Shown here piece after piece: positions 27,895-38,874 of a stretch of 64,000 bases of DNA; positions within the stretch are counted from its first letter, which is position 1, and each line of letters begins with the position of its first letter. The notes under the pieces were generated by a model, which was given only the letters and a program-made list of their open reading frames with translations, was not told where the DNA came from and ran no database searches. Position numbers and translations under genes: made by a program. Source of the stretch: a virus; the IMG/VR virus record IMGVR_UViG_3300028666_000002; one strand, written 5' to 3'.

Positions 27895-30045
27895 ATGTCA
27901 TTACGACTAGTTACGCCTTTTATTAATACAAATATTCCAGGAAGTTATCCGAATATTATTGTGCAGAGCCAGCCCGTTGGATTGGGTAGCTCTGGCGTGG
28001 TTGTCATCATGGGAGAAGCCGCTCAGGGTCCTAGCTATCAGCAGATCCCGTTAAAGACCAACTATTTTACTCCTAATCAGCTTGCTCTTGTTACGCAAAT
28101 CTACGGTAGCGGACAAATTGTTGATGCCTTTACTGCTTTGGCCGCTCCTTCTAATGATCCAGATATCACGGGTACAGCCAATCAAGTTTACGTTGTGAAG
28201 ACTAACACTGGAACCATCGCATCTGCTGCTATTCCTGGTGGTTATGGAACTCTATTTTTTAACAACTATGGTACTCCCGGAAATAACTACGCATATCAAG
28301 TAACGAATACTCAGACCGAAGTTACTCCGACCGTTGGCGGAAATACAGTCCCTGCTTTTGGCGCACCTCTTAACGGCGCAAGTTTCACTCTTAGAATGAA
28401 TGGATTTACTGGGGCAGTAGTTACCCTGAGTGCTACTCCCGCACTGCATGCCAATATTGGTACTTTGATTACGGAACTCAATGGATTACTTCCCGCTGGA
28501 ATTACGGCTAGTCTTGGGGTGGCACTTAATAGTCTTCAACTTACCATGGCAGTTGATCCGGGTGCGAATGCAGAAGGATGGGGTAAATCATTTGAATTGA
28601 TTGATTCCACTCCTGGCGATCTCGCTTCTCTTGGGTTGGCGGCTGGACTTACGGTATCTGCTGCAGAACCGGCGATTGAAGTTGTAACTTCTAATTCTGG
28701 AGTAAATTTTAGCGAAACCTTAGACATCGCTTCTGAAATTGGTTTGCAAATTGGATATCAGGGCACGACTGCTTTGATGACAATCAACGCCACATCGCTT
28801 ATCACTACGGTTGCTGGTGGAGTTGGTGCGAGTCTGAATATTACCCTTAGCCAATTTAATACGTTGGCAGGCTTGGTAGCTTTCATTCAAACGCAGCCAG
28901 GTTATACGGTCAGCGTTTCTGCTGCAGTTCAACAGCTGTCGCCAAGTATTCTGGATCAGGTGGCTGCGATTGGTATCGCTTCTACTGGTACATCGCTTAT
29001 GCCTGGCCGAGTTAAGATAGCATTGTATAATTTTGAAACTGCGTTGGGCACCTCAAAAGCTTTGGTTTTCACAAATACCGCACATGCGGGATTGCCAAGT
29101 TCGATGAGCCTTCCGGCTTTACTGGCTGGTGGCGGAAGAGGACCCACGCTTGCGGCAGATATCGTTAATGCATTGGCGCAAATGGCCGGTATTAATGTTA
29201 ATATCATTGTTCCGTTATTTTCGCAAGATGCATCCAGAGATATTACTGCGGGGATGACATCTTCAGCGTCCACATATACGATTGCGGCTATCAACGCACT
29301 GACAAAGAGTCACTGCATCGAGTATAGCACACCACAATTGAAAAAGAATCGTCAAGCGATTCTCTCAATGTTAGATACCTACGCTAACGACAAAAGTGAA
29401 GCACAAGGACTTGCATTTTATCGTTGCTCTCTTACGATGCAACAGATTCAGCAAGTTAATTCCCAAGGAGTTATTACAACGTTTCAGCCTTGGTACGCCT
29501 CATGCTTGGCGGCGGGTATGCAAGCGGGTGGTTTCTATAAAGCCATCGTTAATAAAGCGGCCAATATCATCAGTTATATCGACCCGGTTGGGTTTGATTC
29601 GGGCGATCCCGGCGATGTGAGTGATGCTCTTTCTGCTGGTCTGCTTTTCCTGTCAACAGATACGAGCAGGGCGGGTTACTGGGTCAGTGATCAGACTACG
29701 TATGGCTATGATACTAATTTTGTTTACAATAGTATCCAAGCTGTGTATACATCCGATCTCGTTGCCCTTGATCTGGCACAAAGCTTCTGGTTACAGTTCG
29801 GCGGTCAATCAGATGCCGATGTTACCGCAGCTTCTGGATTGGCATTCTTAGGCCAAAAGATGGCTGGCTATCTAGCGCTTAAGCTTATTGGTTCAAGCAG
29901 CGATGCGCCGCTTGGATGGAAGAATCCGAATATTATTATCAATGCACCAGAAATGGATGTGTCGGTGGAAATTAAGCTCAGTACGGCAATTTACTTTATT
30001 CCGCTTAACATCAACGTTTCGCAGATAATGAATTCGGCAAGTTAA
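27895..30045 (+). CDS. Tail sheath protein
   Basis: PG.YP, VVIMGEAAQGP, VSDQTTY, IYFIPLNI; 716 aa followed by 152-aa tube. Confidence 0.9.
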   Translation: MSLRLVTPFINTNIPGSYPNIIVQSQPVGLGSSGVVVIMGEAAQGPSYQQIPLKTNYFTPNQLALVTQIYGSGQIVDAFTALAAPSNDPDITGTANQVYVVKTNTGTIASAAIPGGYGTLFFNNYGTPGNNYAYQVTNTQTEVTPTVGGNTVPAFGAPLNGASFTLRMNGFTGAVVTLSATPALHANIGTLITELNGLLPAGITASLGVALNSLQLTMAVDPGANAEGWGKSFELIDSTPGDLASLGLAAGLTVSAAEPAIEVVTSNSGVNFSETLDIASEIGLQIGYQGTTALMTINATSLITTVAGGVGASLNITLSQFNTLAGLVAFIQTQPGYTVSVSAAVQQLSPSILDQVAAIGIASTGTSLMPGRVKIALYNFETALGTSKALVFTNTAHAGLPSSMSLPALLAGGGRGPTLAADIVNALAQMAGINVNIIVPLFSQDASRDITAGMTSSASTYTIAAINALTKSHCIEYSTPQLKKNRQAILSMLDTYANDKSEAQGLAFYRCSLTMQQIQQVNSQGVITTFQPWYASCLAAGMQAGGFYKAIVNKAANIISYIDPVGFDSGDPGDVSDALSAGLLFLSTDTSRAGYWVSDQTTYGYDTNFVYNSIQAVYTSDLVALDLAQSFWLQFGGQSDADVTAASGLAFLGQKMAGYLALKLIGSSSDAPLGWKNPNIIINAPEMDVSVEIKLSTAIYFIPLNINVSQIMNSAS

Positions 30046-30075
30046 TTATTTTTAATGTAAGTAAGGAGAATTAAA

Positions 30076-30534
30076 ATGGCTGCTAAAACAATAGTTGGCG
30101 GTAGAACATTCGTAACAGTCGATGGTACTGTCGTTGGTGTGTTTGATAGTTGCACCATCAATGAAGGATTGACTCTAGAAGATATCCATATCCTCGGCAA
30201 ATATGGGGCTGACGAAATTGTGGCTACATCGTATAATGCCATAACTGTCTCTTGTACGGGGTTTAGAATTTACGGAAATGGTGTAAAGGTATTGCCAAAA
30301 TTTCCTACGGTGAATGATCTACTTCTTCTTGGTACGGTTACTCTCTCTGTTCAGGATAGACAAAACCTTAAGGGCAACCCTATCGCCACTATAATTAACT
30401 GCGTACCTGAGACCAATAGCGAGAATTTTAATGCCCGTGCAACCTCTAAGATCAATATCAGCTACCGTGGTACACTTTTAGTTGATGAAAGTGCCCCTAA
30501 TGATGGTGAAAACGGAGCAACGTCTCTTCCATAA
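30076..30534 (+). CDS. Tail tube protein
   Basis: After sheath; VVGVF...HILGKY..DEI; terminator follows. Confidence 0.85.
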   Translation: MAAKTIVGGRTFVTVDGTVVGVFDSCTINEGLTLEDIHILGKYGADEIVATSYNAITVSCTGFRIYGNGVKVLPKFPTVNDLLLLGTVTLSVQDRQNLKGNPIATIINCVPETNSENFNARATSKINISYRGTLLVDESAPNDGENGATSLP

Positions 30535-30556
30535 TAGTATCTAACTTATTAATATT

Positions 30557-30593
30557 AAAAGCCTTTCAGAGAAATCTGAAGGGCTTTTGTTTT
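30557..30593 (+). terminator. Intrinsic terminator after tail tube
   Basis: AAAAGCCTTTCAGA-GAAA-TCTGAAGGGCTTTTGTTTT. Confidence 0.85.
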
Positions 30594-30619
30594 AATTACT
30601 TTAATGATATAATATAGTT

Positions 30620-31423
30620 ATGCAAAGTAAATGGAAATTTGAAATGCTTCAAAAGGAAGCGTTGAAATATAAAACTAGAGTTGAATTTCAAAAAAATAGT
30701 AAGGGTGCTTATTTGGCCGCATATAGGAGAGATCTTCTGGACCAAATTTGCACTCATATGAGATTTCCCAAAACTAAACCCTATACCTTTGAAGAACTGA
30801 AGGTGGAGGCGTTGAACTACAAAACAAAAGGCGAATTTCGAAGTACTCCACTATATCACGTAGCACATAGGAAGGGTTTACTAGATCAAGTCTGCTCTCA
30901 TATGACACCCGTGCTTAACTATTGGACAGATGAAGAATTAATAAAAGAAGCCTTAAAATATACCACCAGAACAGAGTTTTCAAAAAATAGTTCAGGATAT
31001 CAAACTGCTCACGCTAGGGGTATCTTGGATCAGATTTGCTCTCATATGAAAATTTTGGGCGCAACATCTATACCAGAAAAGAAACTTTTTGATTTAATAA
31101 AAGAGGTATATTCGGAAACTAAGCGTTTGAAAGATCGAAGGGTGAGCATACTCAATAAACCTTATATTCATGGAATGGAAATCGATATTTACATCCCCAA
31201 CCTAAATAAAGGTATAGAGTTTGATGGTCGTTATTGGCATTCTATTCCTGGACTTAAACGCTCACACCCTAATTGGCCAGAAAAAGATCTCCGGAACTAT
31301 CATCAAATCAAAGACGATTATTTTCTCTCCAAAGGCATCCAAATTCTCCATATCAATGAGATTGATTGGTTAAAAGACAGGGAATCTTGTCTTAAAAAAT
31401 GTTTAACTTTTCTAAGTACTTAA
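30620..31423 (+). CDS. Putative homing endonuclease (Vsr/PD-(D/E)XK-like) with 3 EALKY repeats
   Basis: EALKYKTR.EF repeats; EIDIYIP..GIEFDG.YWH; paralog of 32412-33221. Confidence 0.75.
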   Translation: MQSKWKFEMLQKEALKYKTRVEFQKNSKGAYLAAYRRDLLDQICTHMRFPKTKPYTFEELKVEALNYKTKGEFRSTPLYHVAHRKGLLDQVCSHMTPVLNYWTDEELIKEALKYTTRTEFSKNSSGYQTAHARGILDQICSHMKILGATSIPEKKLFDLIKEVYSETKRLKDRRVSILNKPYIHGMEIDIYIPNLNKGIEFDGRYWHSIPGLKRSHPNWPEKDLRNYHQIKDDYFLSKGIQILHINEIDWLKDRESCLKKCLTFLST

Positions 31424-31517
31424 ATCCATTACGGTTTACTACAGCAATCTTAAAGATGTCCTCATATGGTTGAGGATTTTGTTATGCAAGGGCATAACTC
31501 CTTAAAAGGATTGGGAT

Positions 31518-32390
31518 ATGGCGTTAGAGAAAGCATGGGGATTAGTCCCTCCACAACTATTTACCAGTGATGGAACCCAATTTGGCGAAATCACAGTTGC
31601 CAATACCGCTGGATTTAAAGTTAAACAAACAGCCTATCTCAAGGCTACTGGATTGCCTGACCTACCCGTTCAAATCAAAAGAGTTCTTTCTTCCACCCTA
31701 TTAGTCGTAGGCACCGTAAACAACGCTCAGATCGCTCAGTGGCCTCCTTTGAATGTAACGGCCTACACTGTGGCTAGAAATGCGGCTATAGGGGCACAGA
31801 TACAGCCCAAAAGCAATCCTACGGTAGACGATATAATGAAGGCGGTCTATGAAACCGACCCTACCGTTGCTCTACGCGTTATATTCACTGACCAATACGG
31901 AAACCTGTACAGTGATGAAAATCCACTTCCTGCCACCTTCGAAGGTACGATATCAATAGGATCAGTGGAGGTTAAAGGTACAAATGGAAATTTTTTAGAG
32001 CCTAATGCCGATGGTTCTATCAATGTAGTTATAGAATCAACCCCATCAACCAATCAAGTGGTAAACACGTATGCCCAAACAGCGGTCGCTAGTGGGGCGA
32101 CGGTACAATTAGTCACTTATACCATTCCAGTTGGGAAAACAGCAATTTTACAAAGAAGTGCTGTAAGTGGTGAGAATATTGGCAGATATGATATATTAGT
32201 AAATGCAGTAACTCAAGATACAATTAGGACCATGTTTGGTGGCGATTTAACTCAAATGTTTGATTTTACTGATGGAATTGGGTTTGGATTACCGTTAAAT
32301 GCTGGAGATACTATTGCGGTACAAGTAAACAATCCAAGACCTTATTCTGCACTTTATAATGCTAGAATTCAAGTAATGCTAATAACTTAA
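31518..32390 (+). CDS. Hypothetical virion (fibre-associated) protein
   Basis: AATCTT at 31446; beta-rich; PNADGSINV motif. Confidence 0.55.
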   Translation: MALEKAWGLVPPQLFTSDGTQFGEITVANTAGFKVKQTAYLKATGLPDLPVQIKRVLSSTLLVVGTVNNAQIAQWPPLNVTAYTVARNAAIGAQIQPKSNPTVDDIMKAVYETDPTVALRVIFTDQYGNLYSDENPLPATFEGTISIGSVEVKGTNGNFLEPNADGSINVVIESTPSTNQVVNTYAQTAVASGATVQLVTYTIPVGKTAILQRSAVSGENIGRYDILVNAVTQDTIRTMFGGDLTQMFDFTDGIGFGLPLNAGDTIAVQVNNPRPYSALYNARIQVMLIT

Positions 32391-32411
32391 GAATGTGATA
32401 TAATTACATAT

Positions 32412-33221
32412 ATGAGAAAAAGTTGGACATTAGAAACACTTCAAGAAGAAGCGTTAAAATATAAAATAAGAGAAGAGTTTAAGAAAAATAGTAATAGTGC
32501 CTATCAGTTTGCCCAAAAAAGAAGGATTTTAGATCAAATCTGTCAACACATGAAAATATTGCATAAAAATTGGACTAATGAACAGTTGCAGGCAGAAGCA
32601 TTGAAATATGAAATAAGATGGGATTTTCAAAAAAATAGCGGTGGAGCTTATAAGGCTGCTCAAAAAAGAAAAATTTTAGATAAAATTTGCAAACACATGT
32701 CTTCTCGTCATTGGACAATCGGAGAATTGCTGGAAGAATCTTCAAAATATTCAAACGTAGGTGATTTTACATTATATAGTAGTAAGGCCTATCATTTCGC
32801 CAATAAACATAAAATGTTAGAGCAAATTTGTCAACACATGAGTCGTTCTAAAAATATTTCCTCATTAGAGCACAATTTATTTAATTCAATTAAACAAAAA
32901 TATCCAAATTGTAAAGTTTTAAGGGATAGAAAAGTTAAAATCATAAATAAACCACATATCAAGGGTTTTGACATAGATGCCTTTATACCAGAACTTTGTA
33001 AGGGTATAGAGTTTGATGGGAAGTATTGGCACTCAATTCCGGGTCTAAGACGCTCCCGTAACGATTGGCCAAGCGAAGACTTGATGAATTATCATCAAAT
33101 TAAGGATAAATATTTTCTTTCTAAGGGTATTCAACTTCTTCATATAAAAGAAGAAGATTGGATAAAAAATCAACAAAATTGCATAGATAAGTGTTTTAAA
33201 TTTTTATCAAGCAATCTTTAA
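32412..33221 (+). CDS. Putative homing endonuclease, paralog of 30620-31423
   Basis: Same repeats; GIEFDGKYWHSIPGLRRS nearly identical. Confidence 0.75.
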   Translation: MRKSWTLETLQEEALKYKIREEFKKNSNSAYQFAQKRRILDQICQHMKILHKNWTNEQLQAEALKYEIRWDFQKNSGGAYKAAQKRKILDKICKHMSSRHWTIGELLEESSKYSNVGDFTLYSSKAYHFANKHKMLEQICQHMSRSKNISSLEHNLFNSIKQKYPNCKVLRDRKVKIINKPHIKGFDIDAFIPELCKGIEFDGKYWHSIPGLRRSRNDWPSEDLMNYHQIKDKYFLSKGIQLLHIKEEDWIKNQQNCIDKCFKFLSSNL

Positions 33222-33233
33222 TATAGGTGTATC

Positions 33234-33422
33234 ATGAGCCCATTTGAATTAAAAAAGATAAGCGTAGAACTTTTACGTGTACACAGTTCACGTTGTGAAC
33301 AAGAACTACGTATAATGGAATTTCAAGAACAAATTCAACGTCTTGAAGCCAGCATAACGATCTCTATTGCTAGAGAAGAAGAGCTTAAAGTTAAACTTGC
33401 AGAAATGCAAAAACAAGAATAG
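33234..33422 (+). CDS. Small coiled-coil protein
   Basis: Heptad pattern; AATCTT at 33213. Confidence 0.5.
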   Translation: MSPFELKKISVELLRVHSSRCEQELRIMEFQEQIQRLEASITISIAREEELKVKLAEMQKQE

Positions 33423-33429
33423 GTGCTAA

Positions 33430-35337
33430 GTGGCTGATTATAATAGCGAATTACCGATACGGTCCCAGCTGCCAAGTCAGGTAAATCCTGATGACGTTAT
33501 CGTCAAACTTGGCGACGCTACCAATCCTACCACTCAGCTTGCTGCGGTCGATACTCATGGTAGTCAGTCTGCAATTGTCAGGGATGTCTCCGGCAATGCC
33601 GTCACCACGGAAGCCAACGGTGCGCAACGTGCCTTAGACGTAATGACGCAAAATTCTGGCTCTGCTGTCGGTGGAACTGCAGCTAACTTTTCAAGTTTGG
33701 CTGGCGGTATCTACAATACCTCCCTTCCCACTCTTACTAACGGTCAACAAGCTTCTTTACAACTAAATGCTAATGGGTATTTATTGGTTGCAACAAGCAT
33801 CAACAATGATACCAACTACGGTACTGTTGGCGCAAATACTCTTAGAACTGCTGCTCAAATTGGTAACGCAACTGGCGCTGCTAATTTTGGAGCAGGTGCG
33901 ACTACTGCCCAAACTCTTCGTGTCGCTTCTAACATGTACGATGGTTCTGGCAATGCTTTATCTTCTACTTCTGGTGCATTAAATGTTAGTTTAACCACAG
34001 CTATTCCCGCAGGCGCCAACAACATCGGCTCTGTTAACCAAGGTACATCTCCATGGATTGTTAAGGATCAAGCAGATGGACCGGTTACTCCAGGTACAGC
34101 TGCATCATTTTCTCAATTAGCTGGTGGACAATATAACTCTACACCTCCTACCTTAACAACCGGTCAACAGTCTGCACTGCAGGTTGATTCTGCCGGTCGT
34201 TTGTTAGTAGATGCTGCTGTTACTTTTCCTTACGATACTAACTACGGCACGGTCGGTGCAACAACTTTACGTACCGCTTCACAGATTGGCAACGCTACTG
34301 GTGCTGCAAACTTCGGTGCTGGTGCAACCACTGCTCAGACACTTCGCGTTGCTTCAAACTTATATGATGGATCGGGCAACGCAATCTCTTCCACAACTGG
34401 TGCGCTGAACGTAAGTGCTGTACAGTCGGGAACGTGGACCACAGGAAGGACGTGGACTCTTGCTTCTGGTACAGATTCTGTATCGGTTGTCCAAAGCACT
34501 TCACCCTGGATTACAAAAGATCAGTCGGATGGTCCTGTAACTCCTGGTACGGTAGCTTCTTTCTCTCAACTTGCTGGTGGACAGTATAACTCTACTCCAC
34601 CCACTCTAACCAATACCCAACAGTCTGCATTGCAATTAGATGCGGCTGGCCGTTTGTTGGTAGATGCTAATATCACCTTTCCATACGATGAAAACTGGGG
34701 TACGGTCGGCGCTACAACCCTTAGGACTGCTGCTCAAATTGGTAATGCCACAGGAGCCGCAGATTTTAACTGGGGTACTGTTGGGGCACAAACTCTTAGG
34801 GTTGCTGGTGAAATTGGTAATGCTACCGGTATTGCCGATTTTAATGCGGGCGCCACTGGAGCACAAACTCTTAGAACTGTGGCCAATCAGGGTGCGCCAA
34901 ATACTGCGGCCAATGCTTGGACTGTAGCACTTACTAGTGGCGGGACACTTAATTCTCCCACCAATCCTATTTTCGTTTCAGAATCTGATATTCCTGGTAC
35001 TTCTATTGATAAATATACAGTATCAGCTGCCGTAGCGAAAGCTGCGAGCGTTAACGTTGACTATACTGTAACTGCTGCAAAAACTTTTTACACTAGACAG
35101 CATTACGCAAGCGCTTCTGGATTAATGAAATTAGAAGTTCAATACGAGACCGCCGCTGCATCGGGTATCTTTAACTCATTTTGGGTTGGTTTTAACTCTA
35201 CTGCTGATTCTAATATTTTAATTCCAGTTCCCACGTCCAAATCACAAGTTGCCGGTGCAAGAATTAGATATATTCTTACCAATCTTGATAAAGCAGCTAT
35301 GGATTTATATTCCACACTTTCTGGAATAGAACAATAA
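33430..35337 (+). CDS. Repeat-rich fibre/spike virion protein
   Basis: Repeated GG.YN...PTLT..QQ..LQ and NYGTVGA.TLRTA.QIGNATGAA modules. Confidence 0.7.
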   Translation: MADYNSELPIRSQLPSQVNPDDVIVKLGDATNPTTQLAAVDTHGSQSAIVRDVSGNAVTTEANGAQRALDVMTQNSGSAVGGTAANFSSLAGGIYNTSLPTLTNGQQASLQLNANGYLLVATSINNDTNYGTVGANTLRTAAQIGNATGAANFGAGATTAQTLRVASNMYDGSGNALSSTSGALNVSLTTAIPAGANNIGSVNQGTSPWIVKDQADGPVTPGTAASFSQLAGGQYNSTPPTLTTGQQSALQVDSAGRLLVDAAVTFPYDTNYGTVGATTLRTASQIGNATGAANFGAGATTAQTLRVASNLYDGSGNAISSTTGALNVSAVQSGTWTTGRTWTLASGTDSVSVVQSTSPWITKDQSDGPVTPGTVASFSQLAGGQYNSTPPTLTNTQQSALQLDAAGRLLVDANITFPYDENWGTVGATTLRTAAQIGNATGAADFNWGTVGAQTLRVAGEIGNATGIADFNAGATGAQTLRTVANQGAPNTAANAWTVALTSGGTLNSPTNPIFVSESDIPGTSIDKYTVSAAVAKAASVNVDYTVTAAKTFYTRQHYASASGLMKLEVQYETAAASGIFNSFWVGFNSTADSNILIPVPTSKSQVAGARIRYILTNLDKAAMDLYSTLSGIEQ

Positions 35338-35353
35338 ACTATAGTAGGTAAAA

Positions 35354-37636
35354 ATGTCAGATTTACCTTATGTACAGCGAAACAATGAAGTACAGATAGT
35401 TGGACAGGATTCTGTCGGCAATCAGGTTAACTACGTTTCGGCTGATGTAAATGGCAACATGGCGGTGAAGGACTATGCAGATGGTTCTGCTACTGGTGGT
35501 ACCGCAGCCACTGTATCCGCGCTTGTCGGTGGTATATACAATACTACTCTCCCCACACTCACCAACGCTCAACAGGCATCTATTCAACTAGATGCTAGCG
35601 GTCGTGTTATAGTTAGAAACTCAGAATTTCCAGCAACCATTGATACTAATTATGGCACCGTTGGTGCTTCTACCTTAAGAACTGCTTCCGAGATAGGTAA
35701 TGCTACCGGGGCAGCTAATTTTGGTGCTGGAGCTACTGGCGCTCAAACCCTTAGAGTTGCTGCAAATTTAAGCGACGGTGCTGGAACCGCTCTATCCTCT
35801 ACATTAGTAAACAGCCTTCAGGCTCTTGATGTTCAGCAAGCTGCCCCAGCATTAGATAGAACTGGTACCGGAACAATTACCGCATTAAATGGCACAGTTA
35901 TTGCTAATACGCAAGGCTGTTCCATGGTTACATTTTATGTTTCCGGCACTTTCTCTTTTACTTATCTTTGGGAAGGAACTGCGGATGGAACAAATTGGGT
36001 TTCAGTTTTAGCATATAACGTCACTTACGGATATGTTCAGGGGTCCAATAACTATACAAATGTGATGTATTCGGTTGGCTGTGGTAGTTTTCAACAAGTA
36101 AGAATGCGAGCGTCCACGTATACTTCTGGTACAGCAACGATAAACTGGGATGCTGGTCAAGGCACCAATGCTGACCATATGATCAGCAATGATACTAATC
36201 CGATTAGTCAGTCTATTACTGTACTTGACACGGGAACCACCTCATATATTGGGGCAAATGGTCAGGTAATTTATGGTGGAACTCCTACCGCTGGTTCGGT
36301 CAATTCATATCCCCTTACTTCAATAGAAACTATTGCCGTTGAATGTACTGGAACTTGGACTGGAACTTTACAAATTGAAACTTCCATGGATAGTGGCGGA
36401 AGTTGGTTTGCCCGTACAGTACATCAAGCGACAACTAACATTACATCTCCTACTTTTACGGCAAACTTTTTTGCTACCGCAAACGTTGCTGGTTGTACTA
36501 ACTTTAGAATAAGGGCAGTCGCTCCAATGACTGGGACGGCAACTCCAGTTATAGTACAAAGCAAGAATGCTGCCGTTCTTAACATTACCAGTCCAGCGAC
36601 TGGTCAATATAATTCTACTCCACTCATACTAACTAATGGTGAACAATCATCGCTACAGTTAGATTCTTCTGGACGACTGGAGATAGCTTCAGGCGATAGA
36701 ACGACTTCTGGAACAATTGCTGCTCTTGCCGGAACATTCGTTATCCCAACCGTCCAATCCAGCACAGTGACTGTTAGCATCACCGGTACGTGGGTAGGCA
36801 CTATAGTATTTGAAGCTCAAGATGGGGACGGCAATTGGTTTGCAGATATTTGGAATGCCCAAATCGGTGGCCAAGGCCAATCGTCTACCACGGTAAATGA
36901 TTTCTTACTCGCTGGTGTGGGTGGATATTTTCAAGTCAGACTTAGAGCGTCAGCCTGGACATCAGGTACAGCCAATATTACTGCGACCACTAGTTTAGCT
37001 ACTAATTTTCTCCCTAATACGGACATCAGCAATAACTTACAAGTAGTAGGTAACATAGCTGCTGGTTCTGCGATTGCCGGTAATCCCGTTCAGATTGGTG
37101 GATCAGATGGAACAAATGTAAGAGAAGTTTCATTAAATCTCAAAGGCACTCAAGGTGTCTATGGTGTTGCAACTCAAAATTTAAAAGATGCTGGTAGAAA
37201 TGTAACTAATTATTTTATGATTACTCAAGTAGTTTCTACCGCCACCGATACATTGGTATCCTTAACTGGATACAAGAGTGGTGCGGCAGTTGGGGCTACA
37301 ACTACCCCAGCCGTAGTCACTGCTGGTAAGACGTATCGAATAAACATGATTGTAATGACCTATATAGCAGTCACTACCGCAGGTACTATTCATTTTACTC
37401 TAAGGGCAAATACTGGCGGTGTAGTTGCAATCGGATCTCCAGAAGTTTCTGAATATGCAATAGGTGCTGGTGCAGCTACTGCTGGAGTAGCTGAAACTGT
37501 GTGCATTCCTATTCCTGATGGATTAGAATTTGCTGCCGGAACTGGAATTGGCGTATCTATGCAAGGATTTGGAGCGACAGGGACGGCTGCAGCGGTTGGT
37601 TATGGAATGATCGCACTTAAAGGATACGAATACTAA
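35354..37636 (+). CDS. Fibre/spike virion protein sharing repeat modules with 33430 ORF
   Basis: Same N-terminal modules, then three beta-sandwich-like GT[W/F].GT repeats. Confidence 0.7.
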   Translation: MSDLPYVQRNNEVQIVGQDSVGNQVNYVSADVNGNMAVKDYADGSATGGTAATVSALVGGIYNTTLPTLTNAQQASIQLDASGRVIVRNSEFPATIDTNYGTVGASTLRTASEIGNATGAANFGAGATGAQTLRVAANLSDGAGTALSSTLVNSLQALDVQQAAPALDRTGTGTITALNGTVIANTQGCSMVTFYVSGTFSFTYLWEGTADGTNWVSVLAYNVTYGYVQGSNNYTNVMYSVGCGSFQQVRMRASTYTSGTATINWDAGQGTNADHMISNDTNPISQSITVLDTGTTSYIGANGQVIYGGTPTAGSVNSYPLTSIETIAVECTGTWTGTLQIETSMDSGGSWFARTVHQATTNITSPTFTANFFATANVAGCTNFRIRAVAPMTGTATPVIVQSKNAAVLNITSPATGQYNSTPLILTNGEQSSLQLDSSGRLEIASGDRTTSGTIAALAGTFVIPTVQSSTVTVSITGTWVGTIVFEAQDGDGNWFADIWNAQIGGQGQSSTTVNDFLLAGVGGYFQVRLRASAWTSGTANITATTSLATNFLPNTDISNNLQVVGNIAAGSAIAGNPVQIGGSDGTNVREVSLNLKGTQGVYGVATQNLKDAGRNVTNYFMITQVVSTATDTLVSLTGYKSGAAVGATTTPAVVTAGKTYRINMIVMTYIAVTTAGTIHFTLRANTGGVVAIGSPEVSEYAIGAGAATAGVAETVCIPIPDGLEFAAGTGIGVSMQGFGATGTAAAVGYGMIALKGYEY

Positions 37637-37647
37637 AGAGGAAGCAC

Positions 37648-38271
37648 ATGCAATTTGGAACGGATTGGACAACTCTTAAAAATTTCGCTGTAGCTAGGAA
37701 TTTGTCAGTGCAGTACATCGCTACACCAGATACTTATTATTTGTGGGCAATAGATGGTTCTGCCGAAGTGTATTCTCAAATAGCATTCATATCTCCAACA
37801 CCTTCTGGATCTGATCAAGCAGATTTTGAAACAAACTTCAAAACTAATGGAAACCAAAGTCTCAAAACAGCTGTTATCCAGCATTTGGGTGCCGACACTC
37901 TCACCTTATGTCCATTTGGAGTGTCCTTTACAGCTGCAGCTAATCAAGTCACCACTTTTAGTTATACGCTTACAGCCGCCACGTATCTCAAGGGCGGTGT
38001 CTTATATGTTACCCCTGGAACCATGGGAGACCAACTAACTGTACAAATTGTAGATGTCAATAATGTGTTAGGCTATGGGGCTAATTTTGTTGTAGCTACC
38101 TATGTAAATGGTTGGTATGTGATACCTAGTTTGCAAAATACTATAGAAGATATTTCTGTTAGCGCGTTGATTCCTGCAGGATTATGTGTAAATTTTCTTT
38201 ACGCTAATGTTTCTACTACTCAGGCCACACAAGTAGTTGTCAACCTTCTTTCATATACAGGTACAGTCTAA
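37648..38271 (+). CDS. Hypothetical virion protein
   Basis: ORF in fibre cluster. Confidence 0.5.
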   Translation: MQFGTDWTTLKNFAVARNLSVQYIATPDTYYLWAIDGSAEVYSQIAFISPTPSGSDQADFETNFKTNGNQSLKTAVIQHLGADTLTLCPFGVSFTAAANQVTTFSYTLTAATYLKGGVLYVTPGTMGDQLTVQIVDVNNVLGYGANFVVATYVNGWYVIPSLQNTIEDISVSALIPAGLCVNFLYANVSTTQATQVVVNLLSYTGTV

Positions 38272-38798
38272 TGAACTATGGATATGTTTGTTTCGCTTAC
38301 TCCAATATCTGGTATGACTGGTGTATAGCCAAAGTTACTGGATCAAAATGGTCTCATACTTTTATCACTATTCCTTCTATAGTAGGCAGACAAATGGTTC
38401 TAGAGGCAGTGTCTGATGGTGTATCTGCTAGCCCATTCGATATAGCCTATCGTACTAAGGCCAACGTAACCTATGAGGTTTATCGTTTTAACTGTGATCC
38501 TACTAAAATAGATGCCGCCATATCTCAATGCATGAACAGATTAGAAACATCTTATGGATACCTAGAATATCCCTGGTTATTATGGCGTTACATTAACAGT
38601 TGGTTCGGCAGGGATATAAAATCCCACAACAATTGGTGTCAACAGGGTACCGTATGCTCTGGTTTAGTTCGCGCCTATTTGGAGTCATGTGGGTGTAGCT
38701 TCTTTGATGGGTTTGGAAAAGATGCCGTTACTCCTTCAGATGCCTATAAAGTAGTCAAAACAAACCCCACTTTATTTGAATTGATAGAGTCAAAATAA
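38271..38798 (+). CDS. Permuted papain-like amidase (YiiX/YebB-type NlpC/P60)
   Basis: WSHTFI..VLEA (His first) and VCSGLV (Cys late), VTPSD. Confidence 0.75.
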   Translation: MNYGYVCFAYSNIWYDWCIAKVTGSKWSHTFITIPSIVGRQMVLEAVSDGVSASPFDIAYRTKANVTYEVYRFNCDPTKIDAAISQCMNRLETSYGYLEYPWLLWRYINSWFGRDIKSHNNWCQQGTVCSGLVRAYLESCGCSFFDGFGKDAVTPSDAYKVVKTNPTLFELIESK

Positions 38799-38874
38799 AC
38801 CTAACTAATGAATATTACAAATAAAATAAGCAATAATTGTAGAGAATAATAATCTTATAGACAGAGGATATCAT

